The position numbers were made by a program, and so were the translations under genes. This document shows, piece by piece, positions 47,396-56,305 of a DNA stretch of 64,000 nucleotides. Positions within the stretch are counted from its first letter, which is position 1; each line of letters begins with the position of its first letter. Source of the stretch: Aeropyrum sp. (lineage in GTDB: Archaea > Thermoproteota > Thermoprotei_A > Sulfolobales > Acidilobaceae); NCBI GenBank assembly GCA_015521685.1, contig WANT01000024.1, positions 901 through 64,900 of the forward strand. The letters are read 5' to 3'. A model generated the notes under the pieces. The model made no database searches, was not told the DNA's origin, and saw nothing but the letters and a program-made list of their open reading frames with translations.

Positions 47396-48505
47396 GTGTT
47401 AACCGGGTTACCCTCAAGAATGAGTATTGTCAGGCTAGTGCTGTCAGCAGCCCTCTCCTACTATCTATGGGTCATTCACGTAGATGGGATCTCCGTTCCT
47501 CCAGTATCCTTTGTCGACCCAGGATTAATAGCGGAGGCTCTCTACTACTACTCCATCATTGGATCAATACTCTTCTTCATCGCATCCTCGTCCTACACCT
47601 ACGCTCTACCCGTGGTAGGCTCCATGTGGGCTGCGCTAGATGTTATGTTGTGGTTCAACCCCCGGATACCCCTCATAACGTTAGCCATCTCAACAATAGT
47701 ATACCTAGTAACCAATCTGGCAGGCTCAATAAAGCTAAAGGAAGATTCCTCAACTCTGAAAACCCTCCTCCAATCTCTAGCTCTACCTGGCTTAGCTCTA
47801 GCACTATCATACTCCATATACAGGGCTGTACTGGCAATCCCCGATATTGCGGTCTCGGCTGGAGTCCTAGTGGGAGATCAAGGCCTGGTATCCGCGATAA
47901 TATCTGAAACGCGTATCTGGATCATAGCCTCTGCTGTCACGGCACTATTTATAAGTTCGATTATTGTGGTATGGTTGTTTAAAATGCTGCTCATACTCAT
48001 AGGAGGAGGGAGTATTAGATCCACAGTAGCATCCCTGGAGATAAGGTCGGAGAAAGAAGCAGAACTCTCGGGGAAGCTGGAAGGTCTACTTTCATACATC
48101 TATGTAGCCTTACTCTCAGTTATCCTACTGCCAGCTTTGAGAAGTATGTCCGAGCTAATATTATCCCCCATCACAAAGGTACTTGTTACCCCCTTCGACT
48201 ATCTAGTTCTAGCAACACCCATACTTGTCATCCTCTACATTCTAAGGCGAGGAGTTCTCACCCTCATGAGGGGTAATACACACTCACTCCTCGCTCCCAC
48301 ATTAGTCTTCACGGCTATAGCTTTAGCCTTATCCCTTATAATATCACCCTACTATGTAGTTGAAGCCCTATCAGGAGTGCCAGCGCCAACCCCAGACCCG
48401 CTGGCGTGGATAGCGTCTCCAGATTACGGCGAGCAGGTCGAAGCCCAGCTCTACAACTTCTCTAAAATCCTCCCACTAATAGTAAGACTGTTCTGGGGAG
48501 GATAA
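47396..48505 (+). CDS. Polytopic membrane protein, unknown function
   Basis: About 8-9 hydrophobic segments; tightly packed behind DUF58. Confidence 0.7.
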   Translation: MLTGLPSRMSIVRLVLSAALSYYLWVIHVDGISVPPVSFVDPGLIAEALYYYSIIGSILFFIASSSYTYALPVVGSMWAALDVMLWFNPRIPLITLAISTIVYLVTNLAGSIKLKEDSSTLKTLLQSLALPGLALALSYSIYRAVLAIPDIAVSAGVLVGDQGLVSAIISETRIWIIASAVTALFISSIIVVWLFKMLLILIGGGSIRSTVASLEIRSEKEAELSGKLEGLLSYIYVALLSVILLPALRSMSELILSPITKVLVTPFDYLVLATPILVILYILRRGVLTLMRGNTHSLLAPTLVFTAIALALSLIISPYYVVEALSGVPAPTPDPLAWIASPDYGEQVEAQLYNFSKILPLIVRLFWGG

Positions 48506-48511
48506 GGAGGG

Positions 48512-49045
48512 TTGTCCGCGAGGAGAATAGACGACTACTTCCGAAGAGAGCCTAGGAAGGATAGGGTGGAGATGGAGATGGTTAGAGAAGCCATAGAAGA
48601 CCTTGGTGAGAGGCTTGCAAGGCTGGAAGCCAGGCTGGATGAGATTGAGGGCTTGCTAAGACATATATCAAGGGAGCTTGGTAAATTAGGTGTTAGAGGA
48701 TATCGCAAGTCCTCTGGTAGCGATGACGCAGCTCTAGGAGTTATAGAGAGGAGCGGGTATATCCTGGCTAGCGAGTCTCGCCAGAAAGCGGGTCTACCCC
48801 CAGCAGCTCTTATCTCGCTAGCCCGGGATTACGGCCTGCCCCAGCTGGATGTAGGGGGAGATATAGCAGTTTTCACCCGAGAATCCTACGAAGAGTTCCT
48901 CGATATGCTCGAGAAGGTGAGATCGAGCGACCCTGAGGAGGCGGCGAGCGAGCTCGGGAGATATGGAAGGGTGTTTTTGCTTCTACGTAAGAAGGGCTCT
49001 GTGTATTATGATTCGAAGAGTGGGTTATGGAGGATCCTAGAGTAG
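48512..49045 (+). CDS. Hypothetical protein (N-terminal coiled coil, C-terminal winged-helix-like end)
   Basis: Heptad LARLEARLDEIEGLL; C-terminal LRKKGSVYYD...WRI. Confidence 0.7.
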   Translation: MSARRIDDYFRREPRKDRVEMEMVREAIEDLGERLARLEARLDEIEGLLRHISRELGKLGVRGYRKSSGSDDAALGVIERSGYILASESRQKAGLPPAALISLARDYGLPQLDVGGDIAVFTRESYEEFLDMLEKVRSSDPEEAASELGRYGRVFLLLRKKGSVYYDSKSGLWRILE

Positions 49046-49113
49046 ACACCCCATTTAACCTCATACAACATCCAATTATCTTGGACTTAATCCCGCGATA
49101 ATGGTGTTTCCCT

Positions 49114-49428
49114 GTGAGCATGTATTATGTAAGGAAGATTAAAACCCCGGAAGGGTTTATAATGGTGACGGTTACAGACGAGGAGGTCCTAGACAGGGCC
49201 GCATACGACGAGGAGAGGGGTATTAGACTGGTAGTGAGCCGTAGCTTCTACAAAGGGGACCTCCTGAGGGAAGCGCAGGTCCTCGAGGCTATTCAAGAGG
49301 CTGATATAATCGTTTTAACAGGAGAGAGGAGTGTGCAGCTTGGTATCTCTCTAGGCCTAGTCCACCCCGACTCCGTCCTAGAAGTTAAGGGGTTGAAGCA
49401 AGTACAAGTTTTCAAATTCCTGTACTAA
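49114..49428 (+). CDS. DUF424-family protein
   Basis: TDEEVL, VSRSFYKG, ADIIVLTGERSV and GLVHPDSVL pattern. Confidence 0.8.
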   Translation: MSMYYVRKIKTPEGFIMVTVTDEEVLDRAAYDEERGIRLVVSRSFYKGDLLREAQVLEAIQEADIIVLTGERSVQLGISLGLVHPDSVLEVKGLKQVQVFKFLY

Positions 49429-49550
49429 CTTGAATCGCTCGATTGAGGAAGCACTGGCCACATCATCCTCTAAAGATCTGGTGCGACTCCACATTAAAAC
49501 CTTGTTATTTAAACCGTGATCGTAAGCCCGTGATTCTTGGGTATCTAGCT

Positions 49551-50351
49551 TTGAACGACATCGTGGTCCTAGTTAAGGCTTCGCTCAACCCCGACATGGT
49601 TAGAGTGGGTAGTGACGGCTCCATAGACCTAGCAAGCATCCCACTGAAAATATCCGATATAGATAGGAATGCCGTGGAAGAGGCGGTAAGGCTCAAGGAA
49701 GTGCTAGGAGGGAAGCTATATGCTATATCAATCCTAACCTGGGGACCGGTCGCCTCGAGAATGAAGGATCTAAAGCTTGCAGTGCAGGAGGCTCTGGCTA
49801 AAGGTGTTGATGAGGCTTTTGTTGTAGCAGATGATAGCCTGACTCCCGGAGACCAGGCTACTACTGCATCTGCGGTTAAGGAGGTGCTATCAAAAGAGGG
49901 TATAAAGCCCGCACTCATCCTTGCAGGCGAGGCGACTATCGACGAAGTGACCAGCCAGGTGCCCGGGCGCCTAGCCGCTCTACTCGGCTATCAATACTTG
50001 AGCTTTGTCAGGAAGCTAGAGTTGTCCGGTGGAAAGATCATAGCGGAGAGGGATCTCGAGGATTATATTGAAGTTGTGGAGGCCGATCTGCCTGCTGTTA
50101 TTAGCGTCACTCAGGAGATTAACGAGCCGAGACCACCAACTCTCCTCCAGATTAGGAGGGCTTCTAGGAAGCCTATCAAAGAACTACGGGCAGGAGATCT
50201 CCCAGGAATACAAATGCCCCTGAGAAAGATACTCGGCATTAAGGGGATACAGGTAACTAGAAAGCAAGTTATAATTGAGGGCTCATCCATGGAGGAAATA
50301 GCTGACAAGCTTATCGACGCCCTCATCCAGGAGGGGGTTCTCAAGATCTAG
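49551..50351 (+). CDS. etfB: Electron transfer flavoprotein beta subunit (FixA/EtfB)
   Basis: IVVLVKASL, DRNAVEEAVRLKE, ALAKGVD, GEATID, LPAVISV and NEPR; start moved to TTG 49551. Confidence 0.92.
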   Translation: MNDIVVLVKASLNPDMVRVGSDGSIDLASIPLKISDIDRNAVEEAVRLKEVLGGKLYAISILTWGPVASRMKDLKLAVQEALAKGVDEAFVVADDSLTPGDQATTASAVKEVLSKEGIKPALILAGEATIDEVTSQVPGRLAALLGYQYLSFVRKLELSGGKIIAERDLEDYIEVVEADLPAVISVTQEINEPRPPTLLQIRRASRKPIKELRAGDLPGIQMPLRKILGIKGIQVTRKQVIIEGSSMEEIADKLIDALIQEGVLKI

Positions 50352-50368
50352 CCGAGGGGTGATCAGTA

Positions 50369-51295
50369 ATGAAGGTTCTTGCTGTAGCGTATGAGGAGAA
50401 GGACATCCCAGAGCTTATAGTTGGGACTAGGAAGTTCGTGGGAGACAGTGCTAACATTGTGCTTCTGGCTGTTCATAAGTCAGCATCAAGCGGAGATTTC
50501 AATATTAACGTGGATAAGGTTTATCTAGCTGAAACCTCCAGGCCTGAAGAGATCGTAGCAGCTATTGTTAAGCTGGTGAATGAGGAGGGAGTAAGTCTCA
50601 TAGTGGGAGAGGCGTACAAGAATTTGAGGGATGCCTTCTCAAGAGTTGCGGGGCAATTGTCTATGCCCCTCATCACTGACGCTACGGAGATAAAGCTGGG
50701 AGACGATAGGCTAGTAGTTAAGAGGGGTTTCCTCAGCGAGAAGGCAGAGATGATTGCTGAAGTGCCGTTGCCAGCAGCAGTTCTTTTCCTACCCAGATTC
50801 GTCAAAGCTGAAGGCGTAGAGGGCGGACAACCAGTAGTTACTAGACTGGAAGAACTAGGAGGAGACTCAAAGGTTAGGCTTGTTGATGTTAAGCCGAAGG
50901 AGGTGGGGGGAGCGAACCTAGAGGAGGCTGAGATAATTGTTGGAGTTGGAAGGGGGTTCAAGAGTAGGGAGGACCTGGAGATGGCTTTTGAGCTGGCGAA
51001 ACTCTTGAACGGCCAGGTAGGGTGTACGAGGCCTATTGCGGCCGACCTGAAATGGCTCTCGGAGGACCACTGGATAGGAATTAGCGGGAAGAGGGTATCG
51101 CCCAAGATTTACTTTGCAATAGGAATATCGGGATCACCCCAGCACATGTCAGGTGTACAGAGTTCTAAGATCATTGTCGCTATTAATAAGGATAAGAGCG
51201 CGCCGATATTCAAGCAAGCCGATTATGGTGTAGTGGCCGACCTTTACCAGTTCCTGCCAGTCTTCATCAAGAAGCTTAAGGAGAGACTGGGGTAG
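50369..51295 (+). CDS. etfA: Electron transfer flavoprotein alpha subunit (FixB/EtfA)
   Basis: LEEAEIIVGVGRG, GCTRP, IGISGKRVSP, GISGSPQH, INKD and APIF. Confidence 0.93.
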   Translation: MKVLAVAYEEKDIPELIVGTRKFVGDSANIVLLAVHKSASSGDFNINVDKVYLAETSRPEEIVAAIVKLVNEEGVSLIVGEAYKNLRDAFSRVAGQLSMPLITDATEIKLGDDRLVVKRGFLSEKAEMIAEVPLPAAVLFLPRFVKAEGVEGGQPVVTRLEELGGDSKVRLVDVKPKEVGGANLEEAEIIVGVGRGFKSREDLEMAFELAKLLNGQVGCTRPIAADLKWLSEDHWIGISGKRVSPKIYFAIGISGSPQHMSGVQSSKIIVAINKDKSAPIFKQADYGVVADLYQFLPVFIKKLKERLG

Positions 51296-51335
51296 CGCAG
51301 AGGCCTATACCCCCTATATTTAAAGCTAAAGCCCA

Positions 51336-51406
51336 ATGATGCGGGGAGACCCCTGGAAAAGCCCCTGTTGAGGGTGCTCCGCGTGCTGATTTGACGGTGA
51401 TGTGAT
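51336..51406 (+). promoter_or_regulatory. Structured GC-rich leader or sRNA upstream of the DUF1646 gene
   Basis: TATATTTAAA at 51315-51324; stem ATGCGGGG/CTCCGCGT (two G-U pairs) enclosing a GCCCCT-gttg-AGGGTGC hairpin; also readable as ATGATG...TGTTGA...CTGA boxes. Confidence 0.3.
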
Positions 51407-52537
51407 TTGGTCGAGCTAACTATTCCCGAGGAGCCTGTGCTGGGCGTTACTATAGTTCTTTCTATCATCCTTGTGTTGGTACTTGTGCTTCCTTTCAAAG
51501 TCAGAGTTGTAGAAGAAAATCTTGAGATCTTCTTTTTCGCCATGGGATTGTTAGGAGTGGCAGCAGTTTACGCTTTCGGGATCATAGCTGACGCTGGCCA
51601 GCTCCTAGACCTATTCAAGAAGGCATTCACAACGCCTCTAGCTATAGCCATGGTGGGGCCCATCCCAATAGGCATAGTCCAGGCAGTACTCCTGTTCGGA
51701 CTAGTATTCTACTACTACCATGCGAGGATCTACAGGGCTCTGGGGCTCGCTATGGAGAGAATGGGGCTCCCATTGTTTATATTTATATTCACGACGATAC
51801 TTGGTTTCATATCCAGCATTATCTCAGTAATCGTGACAGCCGTTATATTAGCAGAGGTGGCCGCCGCTCTGAACATTGATAGGGCCAGGAAGGTCAAGTA
51901 CGTGGTGTACGCTTGCTTCGCTGTAGGCATAGGGGCTGCACTAACACCACTGGGAGAGCCTCTCTCCACGATCGCCGTCTCAAAGCTCAACGCTAGCTTT
52001 ACATACTTGATTGATATTCTGGGAGCCTACATAGTCCCAGGCATACTGGTATCTGCCCTGATGGCTGCCTACACACTAAGGGGCGTACAATACACGGCAT
52101 CAACCATAAACTTCACATATGAGGAGTCGGTAAAGGATATTGTGGAGAGGGCATTCAGGGTCTTCCTATTCGTTGCAGCTCTAGAGATGTTAGGCGCAGC
52201 CTTCACCCCAATGGTGAAGTGGTACTTCGCTCAGTTACCCTCCTGGGCCCTATACTGGATAAACACCATCTCTGCAGTAGTGGACAACGCCACATTGACT
52301 GCAGCAGAGATTGGGCCATTCCTTACAGAAGAACAAATAAGGAGTGCTTTGATGTCACTCCTCATATCAGGCGGCATACTAATACCAGGTAACATACCTA
52401 ACATCGTTGCAGCGGGCAGACTAAAGATAACTATGAAGGAGTGGGCTGACGTAGGCGTTAAATTCGGGGCTGTTATGCTGGCAGCCTACTTCATAGTAAT
52501 CGAGGTCCTCAACATACACATAAATCTACCAATCTAA
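51407..52537 (+). CDS. DUF1646-family putative cation transporter
   Basis: LVLPFKV..VEENLEIFFF.MG, GAALTPLGEPLSTI, DNATLTAAEI and SGGILIPGNIPNI; ~10 TM; GGTGA RBS. Confidence 0.85.
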   Translation: MVELTIPEEPVLGVTIVLSIILVLVLVLPFKVRVVEENLEIFFFAMGLLGVAAVYAFGIIADAGQLLDLFKKAFTTPLAIAMVGPIPIGIVQAVLLFGLVFYYYHARIYRALGLAMERMGLPLFIFIFTTILGFISSIISVIVTAVILAEVAAALNIDRARKVKYVVYACFAVGIGAALTPLGEPLSTIAVSKLNASFTYLIDILGAYIVPGILVSALMAAYTLRGVQYTASTINFTYEESVKDIVERAFRVFLFVAALEMLGAAFTPMVKWYFAQLPSWALYWINTISAVVDNATLTAAEIGPFLTEEQIRSALMSLLISGGILIPGNIPNIVAAGRLKITMKEWADVGVKFGAVMLAAYFIVIEVLNIHINLPI

Positions 52538-52611
52538 CACCCACTAGCCATCAATCTATTAAGTCTAAGTCCTATTGATATAGCAGGACCTAGCGTTAGG
52601 GTGGTATACCG

Positions 52612-53481
52612 TTGGAGAAAGGCGTTCTAAGGCACCTACTACTTCCCTTAGACCTCTCCGATGTGGCCGAACCGCTAGTCAAGGTGGTTGGCGAGATTGC
52701 AAAACAATATGGCTCCAGGGTAACACTACTGCACGTGATAGAAGAGTCTATCGTCTTCCACGTAGCTGGAGGATACGACGTTACAGGTCTCATCAAGACT
52801 CTCGAGGAGAGGGCTAGAAGGAAGCTTGAGGAGTTCAACACGCAGCTATCAGATATGGGAGTCGACGCTGAAGTATACCACGACATACCAGTCGGCAGCC
52901 CAGGCGCGGTAATCTCCAAGATAGCCGTGGAGATCTCGGCCTCGGAAATCGTTATGGCTACCAAAGGCATAGGAATTTCTAGAATACTGCCAGTAGGCTC
53001 AACATTCAAAGAGACAGTCAAGCTAGCCCATAGTCCGGTTCTCAGGTTTAAGGTGTATAAGGATGAGGGAAGAGTCAAGCTAGTAAGCAATATACCACTA
53101 TTCAAGAGACTACTACTATGCGTTGATAGGAATGTATCGAAGGATATGATCAACTACGCATTCTCAGCCGCCAGCAGAGACGACGGCAAAATCATACTCC
53201 TCCACGTAATAGAGCCCCCTCAGACAGAGCCTGAATACGAGATAAGGAATGCCATAAAATATGGGGAAAAGCTTTCGAAAGATAGCGGGGTGGATATGGA
53301 GGTCATTATGGCCAGAGGTAGTGCTGAAAAGCTGATTAGAGAAGTGTCGGAGCAAATGGACGTATCATCCTTAATTATGGGTAGAACTGTGGAGAAAAAG
53401 ATAAGCGAGCTCATATTGGGCTCAACTCTGGACAGGCTGATTATTGTTTCTCCGAAGCCGATAGTAATCTATCCGTTGTGA
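52612..53481 (+). CDS. usp: Tandem-domain universal stress protein
   Basis: Two USP repeats: LLPLDLS/LLHVIE/IVMATKG/GST and LLCVD/LLHVIE/LIMGR/LGST. Confidence 0.92.
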   Translation: MEKGVLRHLLLPLDLSDVAEPLVKVVGEIAKQYGSRVTLLHVIEESIVFHVAGGYDVTGLIKTLEERARRKLEEFNTQLSDMGVDAEVYHDIPVGSPGAVISKIAVEISASEIVMATKGIGISRILPVGSTFKETVKLAHSPVLRFKVYKDEGRVKLVSNIPLFKRLLLCVDRNVSKDMINYAFSAASRDDGKIILLHVIEPPQTEPEYEIRNAIKYGEKLSKDSGVDMEVIMARGSAEKLIREVSEQMDVSSLIMGRTVEKKISELILGSTLDRLIIVSPKPIVIYPL

Positions 53482-53600
53482 TCTTGTGGCGAGCACATGC
53501 TCGTGGTCCTCTATAATATGAAAGGGTCCATCACGCTCTCAATGTGGATAATTCGTCGGATCCCCCTCTCTATTGTGGAGTACGGAAGGGTTAGGGCGTA

Positions 53601-54791
53601 ATGCCTGCTGAGATTATAGTCTACGGGATTGGCGAGCAAAAGGTGAGGCTGGGCTCAAGCATCGTATACAGAAAATGGACTCATCCCAAAACTAGACCCA
53701 TTAATGGCGAATTAGTACAACTAGTATCTAGGGATGGCGAGTATTTGGCCTGTGGTCTTTGGGAAGAGGGTACTCCAGTCTCCGCGAGAGTCTTGTATAG
53801 TGGGGTATGTGAGGAAGGGAAGGCTGAGGATGCAATAGCCAGAGTGTTGGAAGAATCCTTTGAAGCCCGTAGGAGGATTGGTCTCATCTATAGGTTCGAT
53901 AGTTATAGGCTTGTAAATAGTGATGGGGACAGGCTCTCGGGACTAATAGCTGATGTTTACGGCGACGTAGTTGTGCTCCAATCTAGCAGTCCAGCGATAG
54001 ACAAACACTTACTTCGTATCGCCGACCAACTCGCCTCACTCACTGGAGCTACTAATGTATTCGAAAAAAGTATCCAGAGGAGCAGGCTAGATATCGGTCT
54101 AAAACCCGTCTCCAGATGGATTAAAGGGAGCCGAAAAGAAGTAATAATTGAAGAGGGCCCCGTCAAATTCTACGTTGATGTCGAGAAGGGCCAGAAGACA
54201 GGTTTCTTTCTGGACCAGAGATTTAACAGGCTGGAGTTCGGCTCTCTAGCTGGAAACGGAGACGCTGTTCTAGACGTTTTCTCTTATACGGGAGGATTCG
54301 GTCTCCACGCTCTAGCTCAGGGAGCACGTAGTGTTGTCTTTGTAGAAGAGGATCCCACGGCTGTACAGGTCCTGAAACGTAATTTGAGGTTGAATGGCTT
54401 CAGCGATCAAAGTGCTATTATATTAAACGAGAGTGTGTGGAGTCTGATAGATTCTGGAAAGCTGAAGCGAGAATTTACGTTAGTAGCTGTTGATCCACCA
54501 GCTTTCATACAAAGGGGAGATAGGATGAATGTTAGTAAAGGGTTGAGAGCTTATCGTAGAGTCTTTGGCTGGGCTTCTAGTCTAGTTGGGATTGGTGTTG
54601 GCTACTTCAGCAGCTGCAGCTATTTTCTTAACCGTAGTCGTTTTCTAGAGCTTATCACTAGGGTATTGTCCCGTACTTCCCACCAATACAGGCTTTATGG
54701 CGACCTTAGAGGTGCTGGCCCTGACCATACGCTCCGTGGGGAGGAGTACCTCAGCTACTTGAAGGGTGCTTTTGTGTTTATTGGCTCGTAG
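53601..54791 (+). CDS. RlmI-like PUA-domain SAM-dependent RNA methyltransferase
   Basis: YRLVNSDGDRLSGLIAD, GQKTGFFLDQR, VLDVFSYTGGFG, DPPAF and SCS. Confidence 0.9.
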   Translation: MPAEIIVYGIGEQKVRLGSSIVYRKWTHPKTRPINGELVQLVSRDGEYLACGLWEEGTPVSARVLYSGVCEEGKAEDAIARVLEESFEARRRIGLIYRFDSYRLVNSDGDRLSGLIADVYGDVVVLQSSSPAIDKHLLRIADQLASLTGATNVFEKSIQRSRLDIGLKPVSRWIKGSRKEVIIEEGPVKFYVDVEKGQKTGFFLDQRFNRLEFGSLAGNGDAVLDVFSYTGGFGLHALAQGARSVVFVEEDPTAVQVLKRNLRLNGFSDQSAIILNESVWSLIDSGKLKREFTLVAVDPPAFIQRGDRMNVSKGLRAYRRVFGWASSLVGIGVGYFSSCSYFLNRSRFLELITRVLSRTSHQYRLYGDLRGAGPDHTLRGEEYLSYLKGAFVFIGS

Positions 54792-54930
54792 CTGGACAAA
54801 TATTAATCTCCAGTAAGTATCTTCATAATAAGATTGCAAATATTCATAACAGAGAGCTGGAATTGTAAATTAATCATTTTTACATGTTCTAATATTATGT
54901 GGCTTAGGCGCAACCTAGAGGTGCTAGCCA

Positions 54931-55443
54931 TTGACTCTCAGTAGAGTATACGGAGCCCGGTCTCCAGTAGGCTTAGGGAAGAGCTCGTCCCGCGCTATCG
55001 ACTACCTCAGAGCAGTATACATACTGGGTGGGCTGCCGAGCAAGGATTTCGTCAAGTTCAGCTTACTCGCTAAAACGCTCAAAGTATCGCCATCAACCGT
55101 AAGCATAATGACGAGAAGGCTCGAGTCCAAAGGCCTGCTCGAGGTAGCGCCGAATACGGGTGTTAGACTCACCAAGAAAGGTCTGGTGCTGCTTTCTGAG
55201 TTCCTCTGGAAAGCCGCAATAGTTGAGGTCCTCCTTCAGAGGGCTGGTATAGCTCTCGAGAACTGCAAAAACCTGGGTATAAGTGTCGCCGTGGGAATAA
55301 GCCTGGAAGACGCGTGGAGGCTTTACAACGCCCTTGGCAGGCCCGAGAGGTGTCCGCACAACAAGCCTATTATCCCGCCTAACAAGGTTAACGAGGACAA
55401 CGCCTACGAAATAGCTAATTGCTGCGGTATACAGATAAACTAG
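54931..55443 (+). CDS. DtxR/MntR-fold transcription regulator with degenerate metal sites
   Basis: DYLRAVY, LAKTLKVSPSTVS..RRLE..GL, GVRLTKKG and CPHNKPI. Confidence 0.8.
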   Translation: MTLSRVYGARSPVGLGKSSSRAIDYLRAVYILGGLPSKDFVKFSLLAKTLKVSPSTVSIMTRRLESKGLLEVAPNTGVRLTKKGLVLLSEFLWKAAIVEVLLQRAGIALENCKNLGISVAVGISLEDAWRLYNALGRPERCPHNKPIIPPNKVNEDNAYEIANCCGIQIN

Positions 55444-55454
55444 GAGGAAAGCAA

Positions 55455-55484
55455 ATTCCAAAATTAAGAATTATAATTTGGAAT
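55455..55484. terminator. AT-rich hairpin between convergent genes (possible terminator or operator)
   Basis: ATTCCAAA(A)TTA-agaatta-TAATTTGGAAT, 11-bp stem with one bulge. Confidence 0.3.
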
Positions 55485-55516
55485 AAGTGGAAAAGCGGTT
55501 ATGTGTAAAAATAGAG

Positions 55517-56185
55517 CTACTTACCGTTGCCCTCAGAGGCCTTCTCACTTGCCTGAGCAGCCTTCTCGAATGAGGGCAGGTCTGGGAAGTGCTCCTTGAG
55601 CCTCTGCTCCGCAACTATACTGGCATCCTTCAGTATCTTGTTCGCCTCCTCAGACACGAAGGCATTGTCGAACGCTACCGGCACGTGGGCAGTCATCTGC
55701 ATCATTGCAGCCTGCAGACTCTCGTCCACCTCCATCAGCTCAGTGAATACATCCGGCATCATACCCTTTAGATGGCCAGCAACTTGCTTTAGCGCTACTA
55801 TAGCCGGAGCTAGCGTAGCGTTCACGTCCCCAAAGACGAGGGCCGTCTCTAGCCTCAGTCTCACCCTCTCGAGTGCATACCTAACCGTTATTATGACCTT
55901 AGCCATCTTCCTGACTTCGGCTAGCTCGTTAGCATACATGGTCGCCTTGCTCTTGTCACCCTCCACAAGACTATTAACAACCTTCTCGAAGAGCATCTTG
56001 TCATAGCTCTGGAGCTTCGCCAGGCTGTAGTCGAGCTTGCTGATCTGCCCCTGTATTCTGTAGACAGCCTGGATTATCTGGCTTCTCACAGGCGGCGGCG
56101 GGCTTATGAAGTTCTTTATCTTCTGCCCAACCGTCTCCACATTCTCCGGCGGCGACCACTTTCTAGCCCAGCTCTCGAGCCCCAT
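55517..56185 (-). CDS. cdvB: ESCRT-III (Snf7/CdvB1/2-type paralog)
   Basis: KATMYANELAEVRK, LERVRLRLET and VSEEANKILKDA; C-terminal MIM2-like HFPDLPS; no winged-helix extension; start at MGLESW (56185). Confidence 0.9.
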   Translation of the reverse strand: MGLESWARKWSPPENVETVGQKIKNFISPPPPVRSQIIQAVYRIQGQISKLDYSLAKLQSYDKMLFEKVVNSLVEGDKSKATMYANELAEVRKMAKVIITVRYALERVRLRLETALVFGDVNATLAPAIVALKQVAGHLKGMMPDVFTELMEVDESLQAAMMQMTAHVPVAFDNAFVSEEANKILKDASIVAEQRLKEHFPDLPSFEKAAQASEKASEGNGK

Positions 56186-56305
56186 TCGCTGCACCGCCCG
56201 GGTATTAGAAGTGGCTCCCATATGGTATGAGAGGCCCCGTAATTCTAGGGCCTGACCCGTTTTAAATCCAGCAACAGTAATACCGAAGCGAGGCTTCGTG
56301 GCGGG

